Part shown: piece after piece, positions 47,996 through 61,711 of the stretch
Position numbering within the stretch: position 1 is the first letter of the stretch
Layout: every line of letters begins with the position of its first letter
Source: Octopus bimaculoides
Lineage: Eukaryota
Length of the DNA: 64,000 bases
Assembly: GCF_001194135.2 (NCBI RefSeq)
Contig: NC_068990.1
Coordinates: 29,591,777-29,655,776, forward strand
Direction of reading: 5' to 3'
Made by a program: the position numbers and the translations under genes
The notes under the pieces: generated by a model
What the model was told of the DNA's origin: nothing
Databases searched by the model: none
What the model saw: the letters and a program-made list of their open reading frames with translations, nothing else

Positions 47996-49078
47996 NNNNN
48001 NNNNNNNNNNNNNNNNNNNNNNNNNNNNNNNNNNNNNNNNNNNNNNNNNNNNNNNNNNNNNNNNNNNNNNNNNNNNNNNNNNNNNNNNNNNNNNNNNNNN
48101 NNNNNNNNNNNNNNNNNNNNNNNNNNNNNNNNNNNNNNNNNNNNNNNNNNNNNNNNNNNNNNNNNNNNNNNNNNNNNNNNNNNNNNNNNNNNNNNNNNNN
48201 NNNNNNNNNNNNNNNNNNNNNNNNNNNNNNNNNNNNNNNNNNNNNNNNNNNNNNNNNNNNNNNNNNNNNNNNNNNNNNNNNNNNNNNNNNNNNNNNNNNN
48301 NNNNNNNNNNNNNNNNNNNNNNNNNNNNNNNNNNNNNNNNNNNNNNNNNNNNNNNNNNNNNNNNNNNNNNNNNNNNNNNNNNNNNNNNNNNNNNNNNNNN
48401 NNNNNNNNNNNNNNNNNNNNNNNNNNNNNNNNNNNNNNNNNNNNNNNNNNNNNNNNNNNNNNNNNNNNNNNNNNNNNNNNNNNNNNNNNNNNNNNNNNNN
48501 NNNNNNNNNNNNNNNNNNNNNNNNNNNNNNNNNNNNNNNNNNNNNNNNNNNNNNNNNNNNNNNNNNNNNNNNNNNNNNNNNNNNNNNNNNNNNNNNNNNN
48601 NNNNNNNNNNNNNNNNNNNNNNNNNNNNNNNNNNNNNNNNNNNNNNNNNNNNNNNNNNNNNNNNNNNNNNNNNNNNNNNNNNNNNNNNNNNNNNNNNNNN
48701 NNNNNNNNNNNNNNNNNNNNNNNNNNNNNNNNNNNNNNNNNNNNNNNNNNNNNNNNNNNNNNNNNNNNNNNNNNNNNNNNNNNNNNNNNNNNNNNNNNNN
48801 NNNNNNNNNNNNNNNTTCTTTTTCTTTCTAATAGCAATGGTTTGGAGACATTTCATCATTTGTAAATAATGTTGTGATAACAATGATGATAATGATGATG
48901 CTGATGTGGTGATGATGATGATGATGATGATGAAGTTTGTTTCTTTGGAATGAACCCCTTTCCATTTTTACAGAACATTATATCCCCACCCACCTTTTTT
49001 TTTTTTCCGCCATTATTTCTTAGTAACAAATCCAAATCCCAAGAATAAGAGCATATCTAAATTTGGAGAAGACCATCT

Positions 49079-49115
<37 letters not shown>

Positions 49116-49807
49116 CATATATACATATAAAAGAATACAAGTTCAGTTTTGATCCCCACTTGTGTTCTTGTTTTATACACATGCTACACTTGGAACTATC
49201 CCTCAGTTGGATTGTACCTATGTGTATATATATATATATATATATATAAATATATATATTCATTTGTCTGTGTGTACTCATCTATAGAGAAATGCTTAGA
49301 GGTATATATATGCATCCTTACAGCACATGACCAGTAAACAACAACTTTAAATTGCTCAAGAGTTTTGTAAACTCAGTACCTGGCCTTTCCTAGCATTCTG
49401 CACATTGAAAAACCCAGATTGTAACAAACCCTGCAACTGAACTCATACACACACACACATATATATACATATATATAATATTATATAAATATACGTGCAT
49501 GTATGTAAAATAATGAAGAGAAGAAAAAGAAATTCTTAGAATTTTCATTTAGTGTTTTGAACATAGGAAGGAATACAAATTTCTTTCCTTCTTTTCTTGT
49601 TTTCCTGGTTTTTCTTGCCTAAATATTTCCTCAATTTTTTACAAAATCAAGATTTGTCAAAATAAACCCCAAATAAAATGTCCTCAATGCACACCTAAGA
49701 ATCCTTAGAGCCTGACTTCATCATTTCATGTAAATGTATCGATGTATGTATTATATATATAATGTGTGTGAGTATGCATTATATATGTAAATATATTTGT
49801 ATGCATA

Positions 49808-49864
<57 letters not shown>

Positions 49865-50188
49865 AAACAAAAAAATGTAACAAGAACATAACAGGTGACA
49901 ACAAAACATCTGAACAATTAGACAATACAAAAAAGGACAGGAGAAAACAAGGAAGGGTCATTTGGAGCTTCCTATCTTCAGTTGAGTTACAGATCGTCGT
50001 TGCAGTTTCAGCCAGTTACACTCAAGACTGCTCCAATCTGGCCGGCCCCAAGAAAATCTAAGCTAAGAGCACTAGATTTCTATCAGTGGCCAGCATATAA
50101 GAAAAAAACCGATTAATGTGAAATTATAAATATATAATTATAATTAAGGGCATTTTCAGCATACAAGCTAAAAATTTCATTTCTATGC

Positions 50189-50262
<74 letters not shown>

Positions 50263-50554
50263 GCACACACACATATATACACTACTGGAATTGTTGAGTA
50301 TATAAACAGATTGGCAGCATGTTTCTTTGGGATTGGTCAAAAACTGATGTAGACACCTCTGGTGAGTATCCAATGCGATTCAAAAATCAATTCAGGTTGT
50401 TAATCGATCCAGTGTATAGAGAAAACAGCTTAATTAGACCTGTTTACAAATCTATTATATTGGTTTTATGTGTGTGTATAGTTCCGTTAAGGTGGGATCA
50501 ACAAAAAAAAAGTACTCCATCCAGCGAGAGGTAAATACCGTTTAATGTACTGAA

Positions 50555-50767
50555 TATTTAAACTAAGAGCTGCCGATAGTTTCTAGCCATAGAGAAACTG
50601 AGATTAGGCAGATTTATATAATGTGTTCATTGTATCTTCAAGCAATCTTTAGAACTAACCATTTGTCCTGAGCCTGTAGATTGCTTGGAGACAATACATG
50701 ATATATAAATCTGCCTAATCTCAGTATCTCTATAACTAGAAACTATTGGTAGCTCTTAGTTTAAATA
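50555..50767. repeat. Fold-back/MITE-like inverted repeat
   Basis: Arms 50555-50648 and 50678-50767 are reverse complements with a 29-nt spacer. Confidence 0.88.
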
Positions 50768-51175
50768 CTGACTACATTTTATATATGTGTGTGTATGTGC
50801 ACACATGTATGCATGAGAATATAAAACTAATAAAGTCACATTGTGATCACCGACAAACAGAATTCTCAGACTTTTATCAAGTTGAGTTTAGTTTCTATTG
50901 TCACCAAATGAAACAACAACAACATAACATTCAATAAAGGACATTACTCATCTCCTTGTCTGCCATTGCACTTGTTACTTCCTTCTCTGTCTCTTTTTCT
51001 CTTTCATAAAGCATCAGAATAAATGTTCTGCAGCATTTAGTTATGTTCTGAGTTCAAATCCTGCCTTTGTGCCTCCAGTTTTGATAAAATAAGAACTACG
51101 AAGATAACGAAGAAAATAATTGATTAGCAAGCAGAATTGGTAAAATGTCAGATAGAGGCTGTGCAGTAAGATGTG

Positions 51176-51211
<36 letters not shown>

Positions 51212-51311
51212 NNNNNNNNNNNNNNNNNNNNNNNNNNNNNNNNNNNNNNNNNNNNNNNNNNNNNNNNNNNNNNNNNNNNNNNNNNNNNNNNNNNNNNNNN
51301 NNNNNNNNNNN

Positions 51312-51345
<34 letters not shown>

Positions 51346-51391
51346 TGACTGCCTGGAATTGTACTCAGAATCTTGGGGCTAGTAGCCAATG

Positions 51392-51623
51392 GGCATATGG
51401 CGTAGTGATTAAGAGTGCGGGCTACTAACCCCAAGATTCTGAGTTCGATTCCAGGCAATGACCTGAATAGTAATAATAATAACAGCGAAAAATACCTTAG
51501 GAATGAGAACGCAGGTTTGAAATTTCCCCAAGACACCTGATGAAGACTGGATGGTATATCAGCCGAAATGTTGTGTTAATAATAAAGAAGATGAGGACAA
51601 ATATCCGATAATTGTAAATAATG
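51392..51623 (+). mobile_element. Family H full copy, preceded by an inverted partial head (51312-51386)
   Basis: A/B boxes, (AAT)n and tail are present. The hammerhead at 51532-51577 has an intact core and one A-C mismatch in stem II. Confidence 0.85.
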
Positions 51624-52863
51624 CTCTCCATTGTCAATGACATTTCCTCATCTTATTGATATTAATGATTCATATTACATGAACCTGAACCAATGCCACT
51701 GTTTCTGCTCACATTTTGCCAAATACTTCCGATGCCAATTTCTTCACTCATTTTTGTCATCCAATAAATCAACCTATTTTGCTCCGTCTGCTTCAGATTC
51801 TCTCTGTCCATAATCCCATAATCCATTTTTTACCATCATATAATATCATATTCCTGTTCTAAGTCCCAGTACAGTCGGCTTTTTGCATTGAAAGCAAAAC
51901 CCTTTATTTCCAGCTCAGATATCAAACCTTGATGTTTTGTTTCCCTAGCTCTTATCTTTTTCTCCACCCCACTCTCTCACTCATTTAAATAGCACTACTT
52001 CTGCCTGTTACCTGAGCAATCTATTTAACTTCTCTGCCTGTTTGTGTATTATAAATTCTAGTTCCTTGTCAATGAGTCAGAGATCTTTTCATACAACCAT
52101 TGTTTCTACTGAGCACACGATTTTTAACTTTTATTCACTATTTTTCCAAAGCTATTTCTGTGATGGCCCAATTCCTTTCTTCTGCTCACTCTCCTACTAA
52201 CCAGTAGCTTCATCCTTGGTGCATTTATCTTAAAGCTTTTTGACCATCAGCAAGTTCTGTTGTAACCCTTCAGCAGATCCTTCAGTAAGGAGCAGTTAGG
52301 TCTTAACTACAGAGTGGGCCACCCTCAAGACTTATAATAAAGGATATGATCAAGTTGGAACTAGTAAATGAGATGAAGGGCTGAGCCCTTGTGTATAATC
52401 ACATGTATATGGCATTCTTTGTAGAATTCATATAATTCTGTCTTGTTTGTGGCACTGTCACGTATGGTCTAACCTGCTGTCCAGTCATTTGTTCCCCAGG
52501 ATCTTTCTTTGTCCACTGGAACCCTGCCAAATACCATCTCCATGATTTTTAGATAAGAATTTGTAAGTCAAAATTGACAGAATAGATGGAGCAGTGAACA
52601 AAGTGTTTGGTGGTATTTGTTTAGAGTCCTTGACATTCAGGGTTCAAGTCATGCTGAAGTTAACTTTACCTTTCACCCTTTCAAGTAAACAAAATAAAGA
52701 GCAGGTCAAATACTGGCATTTATTGTGGCTGTGTGATTAAGAAGCTTACTTTCCAACCATTGTGGTTCTGGGTTCAGTCCCATTGCGTGGCACCTTGGCC
52801 AAGTATCTTCTACTATAGTCTCAAAGCCTTGTGAGTGGCAAATGAAAACTGAAAGAAAACCAT

Positions 52864-52925
<62 letters not shown>

Positions 52926-53202
52926 AATTATGAGTTAGAGGTTATGCAACCGTCTAAGGGATAAATGTATCCGTAGGCACATACCCAACTATGTATAGGC
53001 CTGGCTGTAAGGTTAACAGTAGTTGGTAATTTAAATGGTAAACCATGGTTTAATATATTCAGATAAGAAATGGAGCAATGAGATAAATGCAAATTTACCT
53101 CTAAAATAACAAACTGAAACAGCTGTAAATGTTATGTTAACTACAATTAAACTATGATCATTTATTACCATTGTTAATTGTTGTTCCATTTCTTTTCTTA
53201 TC

Positions 53203-53285
<83 letters not shown>

Positions 53286-53710
53286 GCACACTCATGCAAT
53301 GGGCTTCTTACGATATATAGTTTGTGGATAGGGTTAAAATCCAAGCTTTGTCCTCTTAAAGTACATATTCATTTTCAAGTACTCCAAAATTGTATGAGGT
53401 ATGCATAAGAGTTGAAAATTTCTAAAAAAATAGTTTTTGCAGATTAATTATAAATTAAACAGAAGACTAATAAAATGCTTTGGCATTATTTAGATTCTGT
53501 GAGGAATTTCTCTAATAGGAACTGTCTTACATATTTTTCTGCATGTACACCTTTGTGTCTCTTATTGGGGAACAAATAATGCCAAAAAATTTTTCCAATT
53601 TCCTGTTTTGATATGTGTGTATGTGTGCGTGTGTAGACATTTTTTTATGCTTATAAATGAGCATCATTGTCACATAAGTAAAGTTGGGTGTTTCCAGTAT
53701 TCCACAAAAA

Positions 53711-53945
53711 GGGTGGTGAGCTGGCAGAATTGTTAGCATGCTGGGCGAAATGCTTAGTGGTATTTCGTCTGCCGCTATGTTCCAAGTTCAAATTCCGCCG
53801 AGATTGACTTTGCCTTTCATCCTTCCGTGGTTGATTAAATAAGTACCAGTTACACACTGGGTCGATGAAATCGACTTAATCTCTTTGTGTGTCCTTGTTT
53901 GTCCCTTCTATGTTTAGCCTCCTGTGGGCAATAAAGAAATAAATA
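53711..53945 (+). mobile_element. tRNA-derived SINE family T1 (representative)
   Basis: Head ggtggtgagctggcagaa..gttcaaattcc and core gactttgcctttcatcc..taagtaccag. Many copies, e.g. 9490-10260 (four, minus strand), 34850-35640, 35980-36200 and 62760-62940. Confidence 0.88.
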
Positions 53946-54873
53946 TTCCGTAAAAAACATATCTGGCCATGGGAGAACATGACCTTGCTTGGAAACATCT
54001 AAGGGTTGGCAACTGAAAGGACATCCAGCTGTAGAAAATCTGCTTCAACAAATTCCATCTGACCAATTGCAGACATGCAAAAATTAATGTTAAGAAGATG
54101 AGGGTATCTGAGATTCATTGTATGCAAAGATACACTAATGATTTCTTATTTAGGCGCCAAACCAGCAATTCTGAGGGTTGGGGTTAGTTGANNNNNNNNN
54201 NNNNNNNNNNNNNNNNNNNNNNNNNNNNNNNNNNNNNNNNNNNNNNNNNNNNNNAGGACTGGCGAACCAGATGGCTGCACCAGGCTCCAATCTAATTTGG
54301 CAGAGTTTCTACAGCTGGATGCCCTTCCTAACGCCAACCACTCCGAGAGTGTAGTGGGTGCTTTTATGTGCCACCGGCACGAGGGCCAGTCAGGTGGTGC
54401 TGGCAACGGCCACGCTCAAAATGGTGTATTTTACGTTCCACCTGCACAGGAGCCAGTCCAGCGGCACTGGCAATGATCTCGCTCGAATGTCTTTTCATGT
54501 GTCACCGGCACAAGTGGTGTTTATCATGTGCTCTTTTTGATGGTACCAGCAGAAGTGAGATTGCTGTGCACTTTACTTGACTAAGGTCCCTTTCATCTAA
54601 GGGACTACAGTAGAGAGGGAAGTAACTTTATGTGCAGTGTTGAGAGGTTAAATGATCAGAGTAGGGGCAAGAACAGGTTTCTTGCTTGAGAGCTACATGG
54701 CTACATTATACAAGAGTGGATGGAAAGAATGAAAGCGGAGATGGAAAGAGAGATAAAGAGGGTGGTGATTAGGTGTCAGGGTGGCCCCTCAAGGTACAAG
54801 AAAGTGAATAGAAGAAAGAATGGGGGACAGAAGATTGGGAGTGTGTGTGTGCATACATGTATATATATGCATG

Positions 54874-54914
<41 letters not shown>

Positions 54915-56376
54915 TGATATAGTTGTACATAGATTTATGTGTTTGTTGTAGTTTAATTTTAAAGTTAGTGTTTAATTCTGCCTATATTTAGATTGAATGA
55001 ATGTGGTTATTAAACTTTCACTTTTATATGATACTATGGAAGACTATAGGGAATAAAATGTATAACTTAAAGGTTTGGTCGCTGTTTTGGAGTTGGTTAT
55101 AGAATTATTTATCGAATTTATTTACCAATACTGAGTGTTGTTGACACTGCCAGATTGAATGGTCCTGCCCAGGTGTCGAAACCATAATGATATCCATGGG
55201 GCAGCTGATGATGGAGGTATGTTGGATTGTTGTTATGGCTGTTTTTGTATATGTGTAAGTGTTATAACACATCCTTTTGATATATGTATATAGGTATTTA
55301 TTTATATACATCTATATGTGTTTGTGAATATATATATATGTACATGTCCTAGTGTTGTGTAAAAAGCACTTGTGCCAGATTCACATCACGGCACCTGTGC
55401 TGGTGCCAGCTAAGAAGCTCACTCTGTAAAGTGGTTGGCATTAAGACAGGCATCCAGCCGTAGAAACCATGCCAAAGCACACAAATGAAGCCTGTGCAAC
55501 TCCTTGGCTTGCCAGCTCTGGGCAGACCGTCCAACCCATACCAGCACAGAAAACGGACGTTAAATGATGATATACACTTATATATATATATATATATAAA
55601 TATATATATGTGTGTGTGTGTGTATGCATATGTATATGTGTGTGTGTGCATATATACACATGTATCTGTATACATATGCGTGTGTGTGTCAGTCTATGTA
55701 TATTTCACATTTAGTGTATGGTTAATATTCAGGCATAAAATAAACATAACATATATATATATATATATATATATATACGTATATATATTTTCGTATATAC
55801 ATTTGTTATCCTCCTCCCTCTCCTTCCACATCTACCTGTATGTGTGTGTATCTATACAACTGTCTACATCTACGTGTATGTGCGCGTTTGTGTGTGTATG
55901 CGTATGTAAACACGTAGGAATGTATGTGACTATGAATGTGTTGTAAGCGTATTAAGAACGTTCAGTTTGCGTGAGTGAGTGTATATAATCCAACAACGAG
56001 CTGCGTGTGTGTAGTAGCTGTGAAATTGTGTATGTGTATGTGTAGTGTGTATGCGCGCGTGTGTGTGTATATGTTTTGGTGTATTTAAAAATGGCTGATC
56101 TCTTGCCGTGTTGTCGTTACGGTGGTCGCTGGTGAGGGACAAACACGGACACAGTACCAACAACAACAACAGTAATAAGCACCGAAGTACACCCCACAAC
56201 ACAAGCAAACTTTTGTTTGTTGTGTGTGGATGGGTGTGGGTGAAATTCCTTGAGAAGAAACCGAAAGTCTGTGGCAAGCCTGGCAGGTGACTCTTTTAGA
56301 GCCGCCACCACCTTCTCTGAGGTGGTGGCGCCGTTGAAGGACTTCACCAACCCTTAATTCGTCTCATTATCTCTCT

Positions 56377-56414
<38 letters not shown>

Positions 56415-56722
56415 AAAGGAAAATACCAGCGGATGAGAAGCAGCAGTGGTGGTGGCGGCGGCGGCATGTTTCTTCCTCTTCAACATCGACCTCTGGGTTC
56501 ATGGCATCAAGTGAAACTTTATAACGCCTGCAAAGGTTTTTAAATTATGTTTACTCATTTATTTATTTATCTACGTATTCATCTATGTATGTATAATTCA
56601 GACACACACACAAATATATATTTATATACGCACAAACAGACACAAAAATATAACACAGATGCATATGTATGCATTCTCTGTGTGTGTATATATATTATAT
56701 TATATTATATATGTTTGTATGT

Positions 56723-56754
<32 letters not shown>

Positions 56755-57325
56755 GTGTCGGTAGTGACTATTTGGTGTTTATGTTTACATTCACATCATA
56801 TCATCATAATTTTTCTGTTCTTGTCTTGGTGTTGTTGGTAGCAGTTTGTGGTTCAAATATTATTACATTCACCTTATTCTTGCTGAATCTGTTATACGCC
56901 TCTGTCTGTCTGTCTGTCTCTCTATAAACAGAGATATATGTTGTATGTATTTGGTGTTTATACTTAGCCACCATCATCCAAAGAGTTCTGCTCGTTATTT
57001 TTGGTGAGTGGGTTGGACGACGTGGCCCATTGCAACATTGTTATTTTTGCCTGTTGTTTAACGTCTCACTTGACAATTCCGGCTCCTCATACATGCATAT
57101 AGATATATATATAGATAGATAGATAGTGGTGTATATGTGGATTTACGTGTTTCTCGTTCCAATTCCTCGCGATTTAACATTCACCATTTTCTGTTCCATT
57201 TCTGGGACAACAGAAAAGTCAGTACCATTTAATATACTGTGGTGATATAATATCGTTTTCACTTTGTCTCTTATGTTGTTAATCTCGTCGTTAATTTGGA
57301 ACACACGCACATACAATATACATAC

Positions 57326-57381
<56 letters not shown>

Positions 57382-57740
57382 ATATAATATTTGTGCGTGT
57401 GTTATATAGACGCAGACATAGTCGAGTGGTTAAGAAGTTCACTTGGAGGTTACGGTATCCCAGGTTCTCATTCTGAGAATTGTCTTGCACTACTATTCAT
57501 AGCCTCCGGTCAACGCAAGGCTTATCAAGGAAATTACACAGACGGATACTCCGTGGACGTCTGTCGTTAGATGTAGCTTAGCTTTAAAGGTACACCGTCA
57601 CATTCTGTTTCTGTCTTGCTGATAAACTCCGGGAATTATATTAATTGTATCATAAGTGTATATTCAGTTAGCTACCTGTTAATTTTGAGTAGTTCTACTA
57701 ATCGAATAGCTAAATGTTCTTCGAAAGCAAGGAAGGATTC

Positions 57741-57787
<47 letters not shown>

Positions 57788-57974
57788 AAATGTGGTAAGA
57801 TGAGAGGGTGACGTCGTTAGTAAGAGAGGTGAAAGGTAAACGAGGAAGATGAAATAAGATAAAATGTAATAAAAGGTAGGTTATGAGGAGATTGGATTTT
57901 CTGTAATAGGTTTATGGCTATAAAAGTTTTCAAAGTTCATGGATATCAATGTTTAAGTACGTATAAAAAAATTC

Positions 57975-58131
57975 GGCGCAGGAGTTGCTGTGTGGTAAGT
58001 AGTTTGCTTACCAACGACATGGTTCCGGGTTCAGTCCAACTGCGTAGCACCTTGAGCAAGTTTCTCCTATAGCCTCGGGCCGACCAAAGCCTTGTGAGTG
58101 GATTTGGTAGACGGAAATCGAGAGAAGCCTG

Positions 58132-58165
<34 letters not shown>

Positions 58166-58340
58166 GGGAAATGTGTGTCTGTGTTTGCCCCCCCCTTCTG
58201 ACAACCGATGTTGGTGTGTTTACGTCCCCGTAACTTAGCGGTTCGGCAGAAAAGACCGATAGAATAAATACGATTTGTTCGACTAAAGACGGTGCTCCAC
58301 CATGGCCACAGTCAAATGACTGAAACAAGTGAAAGAATAA
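57975..58340 (+). mobile_element. tRNA-derived SINE family T2 with internal (TA)n/(TG)n (representative)
   Basis: Head ggcgcaggag..tgtggtaag..ggttcagtcc and core caccttg(g/a)gcaagt. Other copies at 47483-47885 (+), 21910-22191, 31930-32305 and 60140-60440 (-). Confidence 0.88.
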
Positions 58341-58623
58341 AATAGTAGACCTAACATTAGATAGCTTGATAAATACAGATATTTCAATAGGTAGATAGAA
58401 AGACGTAGTTTGCCCCATATATAGCATGTGACCAGGAGTGAACACACACACACACACACACAGTGGTTTCAATCCCACCACTTCAAGGCACCTTGCAAGG
58501 ATATTTTCTATAGCCACAACCCAACCATTATGAGTGAAATTGGTTAAACAGAAACCATCATATGGGATGTGCTAGAATTCAAAAGTCTTCCCTTACCCCA
58601 CCTCTCTCTCTCATACAAAGCTT

Positions 58624-58664
<41 letters not shown>

Positions 58665-60844
58665 GTCTTCCACCCATCCTTGATTCTCTGTTATCCTCTC
58701 TTTATGCACCGCAATTTCTCCAGCCATGTACCTCCTCCACAGCAACACCCCACTCCATCGTACTCTAGCATCAATACTACATCCTCATTCAGTTGATTAG
58801 TCTTGCCTTGTGAGTTACTTGGCAACCTCACTAGTGCTGGTGCTACAAAAAGATGCATCCAGTCTACTCTGTAAAATGGTTGGCACCAGGAAGGGTATCC
58901 AGCTGTAGAAGCCATGCCAAAAGACATTAGAGCTCAATACAATCTTCTTGCTTATCAGATCCTGTCCAACCCATGCTAGCATCAACTGCAGACACATTAA
59001 AGCTGATGAAGATAATGTTATGTACCATCATAGCAACAAGCAAGCTGGCAGAATCATTAGCAGCATTTTGTCTGTCTTTATGTCCTGAGTTCAAATTCCG
59101 AGTTCAAATTCCGAGTTCAAATTGCCTCGGTGGTCTCATGCCTTCCTGAGCTACTTTTCCACCACATTTCTTAAATGTGGTGGAGGCCTTGGTCTTGGTA
59201 CCACTCATGTCTAGAAACTGAGGTTGGAGGTAAGCAAGGGCATGTTCCCTGTAGAAAATCCAGCTCCAAAACAGCCTCATGATAGCAAAGGAGAATGGGC
59301 ATCAGCCAGCTCAAAGTTTGGGGTTGGCTGCACCTGCTTACCTTGGTTGCTATGGCATTGAGGTAGATCTGGCCACTCCCATCAATGGGGACAAAACCCG
59401 GATTTAAAACACTGGGTGATGATGATGAGTACTGGGGGTTAATGTTATTGATCTCCCCTCTCTCATAATTCCTGGCTTTGTGCCAGAATTTGAAACCAAT
59501 ATTACATATCACCACATGACCCCCATTTCCTAAGCAGGCATCAATTTGACAGGTCCTCATGGTCTGAGTTTTCTCTTCTTGGGATCTTTGTCCTTGTACG
59601 CTGGTGCTTTTAAATGTCTTTTAGTTTGGTTTCTGTGATTGGATGCCCTTCACTTTACAGAGTGTCCTGGATGCCTTTTTTTCATGGCATCAACACCCAA
59701 GAGGTTATTTCATCTTTCACAAGACAGGACTGAAGATATCTCTTAACCTTACAATTTCTCTGCTTGTTTGCCATCCACTTTACACTATTGTGGGGGGTGG
59801 GGGTTCTCAGTGCACCTCTCTTCCAAGAGCTTGTGAGATGGAATTAACAGTACCTTATAACTTTACACGTCCTCTGTTCAATGAGAAATCTTTCCGGAGG
59901 ATGCCCTAGGAAGGTTTCTCATTCTGCATGCAACACAGGTGATAGGAAGATGTAGAGACTGGAGTAAAGTCAAGAGATGATGAGTACATGAAGGAGAGAC
60001 GAGTGAAAGATGATGATGAGCAACAGGTAGATGAGTGTAGGGAGGTGAAATATGTGGGGGATGGTGGCCACAAAGGTGGGCTTGAAAGAATGCAACTACA
60101 AAGACAAACACCCATTTTATTTTTTTTGATAACTTGTTTCAATCATTAGACTGTGGCCATGCTGGAGTGCTGCCTTGAAGAATTTTAGTCTAAAAAGTTG
60201 ACCCTAGTGTTTATTTTTTTCTAATCCTGCTACTTATTCTATCAACCCCTATTGCTGAACTGTTAAGTTACAGGGATGTAAACACACCAACACCAGTTGT
60301 TCAGTAGTGGTGGGAGACACACACGCACACACACACATACACACACATATACACAGAGATATATATTTACAACAGGCTTCTTTCAGTTTCCATCTATCAA
60401 ATCCACTCACAAGTTATTGGTCAGTCTGAGGCTATAGTAGAAGACACTTGCCCAAGGTTGCACCCTATATATATATATGTATACATACACAGACACATAG
60501 ATGCCAGCCTTTTTAGAACATTTCAATGTGTGTTTCATTGCAAACTGATTTGTTCTTTACCAACTCTAGAAATGTCTATTCAAAATAGTCTTTTGTCATT
60601 TCTTGTGTGAGATGCAACATCCTAAGTTCAATATTCATCACTCATTCCATGTTGTTGTATATTCTACACACCTGTTTAATAATGACTGTCATTTTAGTAA
60701 ATTCTTTATTGTTCTCAAGATTAATTGAAACAAAAGCATTTCAACAGAAATATCATAGCAAAAGGGTGAAGAAATTCTACTTCTAGTGGGCTCTTGATGC
60801 TTATTGCCTCTGCATACTGCCATACACAAAGCCAACCTTCTTAG

Positions 60845-61690
60845 CCTGAACAGCTGGTATCAGATTCCTCTATTATGGCTTGGAGGACTATAATATACAG
60901 AAGCAGGAGGAGTTCTGAGCCTTAAAGGACTTCTACCTTTGTGCTAAATTCGTCATTGAACTCCTCACCAGATCATGCTTTTACTGAGTGCAGCTTATCT
61001 GTAGCTTTATACAACCCTTACAATCATTTACTCTTAATTTCTTTTTTTACCCCAGGTTATTGACACTAGTAACCTATCAAAGACCTTCCCTATGTCAATG
61101 AATGCTAGGTAAAGTGGCTGGCTTACTCCTCTGCAGTTGTCTCTCATCTGTCACAACTATAATGTTGAACTGCATTTCATGTTAGCTAATTCTGTTTCCG
61201 ATCAATTCTCCAAACACTCTCTCTCTGACCTTCCTGACTTGGTCCAACTATGTGATGCCTTTGTAATTTCCTCTCAGGCACCTCCCTTTTCCTTTTAAAA
61301 GATTACGATGATATCACTACATAAGTCATTGGGTATCAGCTTCCTGTTTTTACCTGATTAACTATTTAGCTAATTAGCATGAATCCTGCTTTGCTAGATA
61401 TTTTCAGCATTTCACTTGATCTACCTGCAGCTTTTCTCATCTTCATCATCTTAATTTATCTACTGAACCATTGCCGACTTGAATTGCTAGTCCTTCTGTT
61501 GGGTCCACATGAGGTAGACCTTGTTTTCCCATCCATCCTCACCATTCAACAAACTCTCATAATAGCATTTCTCTGTCCCTTTATTGTCATCAGCAGTAAA
61601 GGCAAGCATGCCTTTCTCATTCAAGAAATAAACTTCTCTTCAGTGACATTTGGTTTTACTCTGGCAAACTGTTTTGCAACCTAGACCACC
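60845..61690 (-). mobile_element. Decayed RTE-type LINE RT fragment
   Basis: Minus strand reads YYESLLN..MRKAAG..EMLKIS..IPNDLCSDIIVIF..PLYLAFIDIGKVFDR..LLLLYIIVLQAIIEE, covering the N-terminal RT domains, with many stops and frameshifts. Confidence 0.75.
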
Positions 61691-61711
61691 TCACGTCTAT
61701 GATTTTATATA

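Noticed and set aside
49945-50030. Minus-strand CTGAAGA..CCAAA motif resembling a PLE terminus
   Set aside because: GAAA is lost and stems I and III are unsupported. It may be a decayed member of another family but cannot be supported here.
51620-52560. Possible decayed coding element (purine-rich minus strand)
   Set aside because: There are stops in all frames and no motif I could identify with confidence.
56117-56350. Minus-strand 77-aa ORF as a gene
   Set aside because: It starts at TTG, has no recognisable domain and no polypyrimidine acceptor. It is kept only as part of the CpG-island finding.
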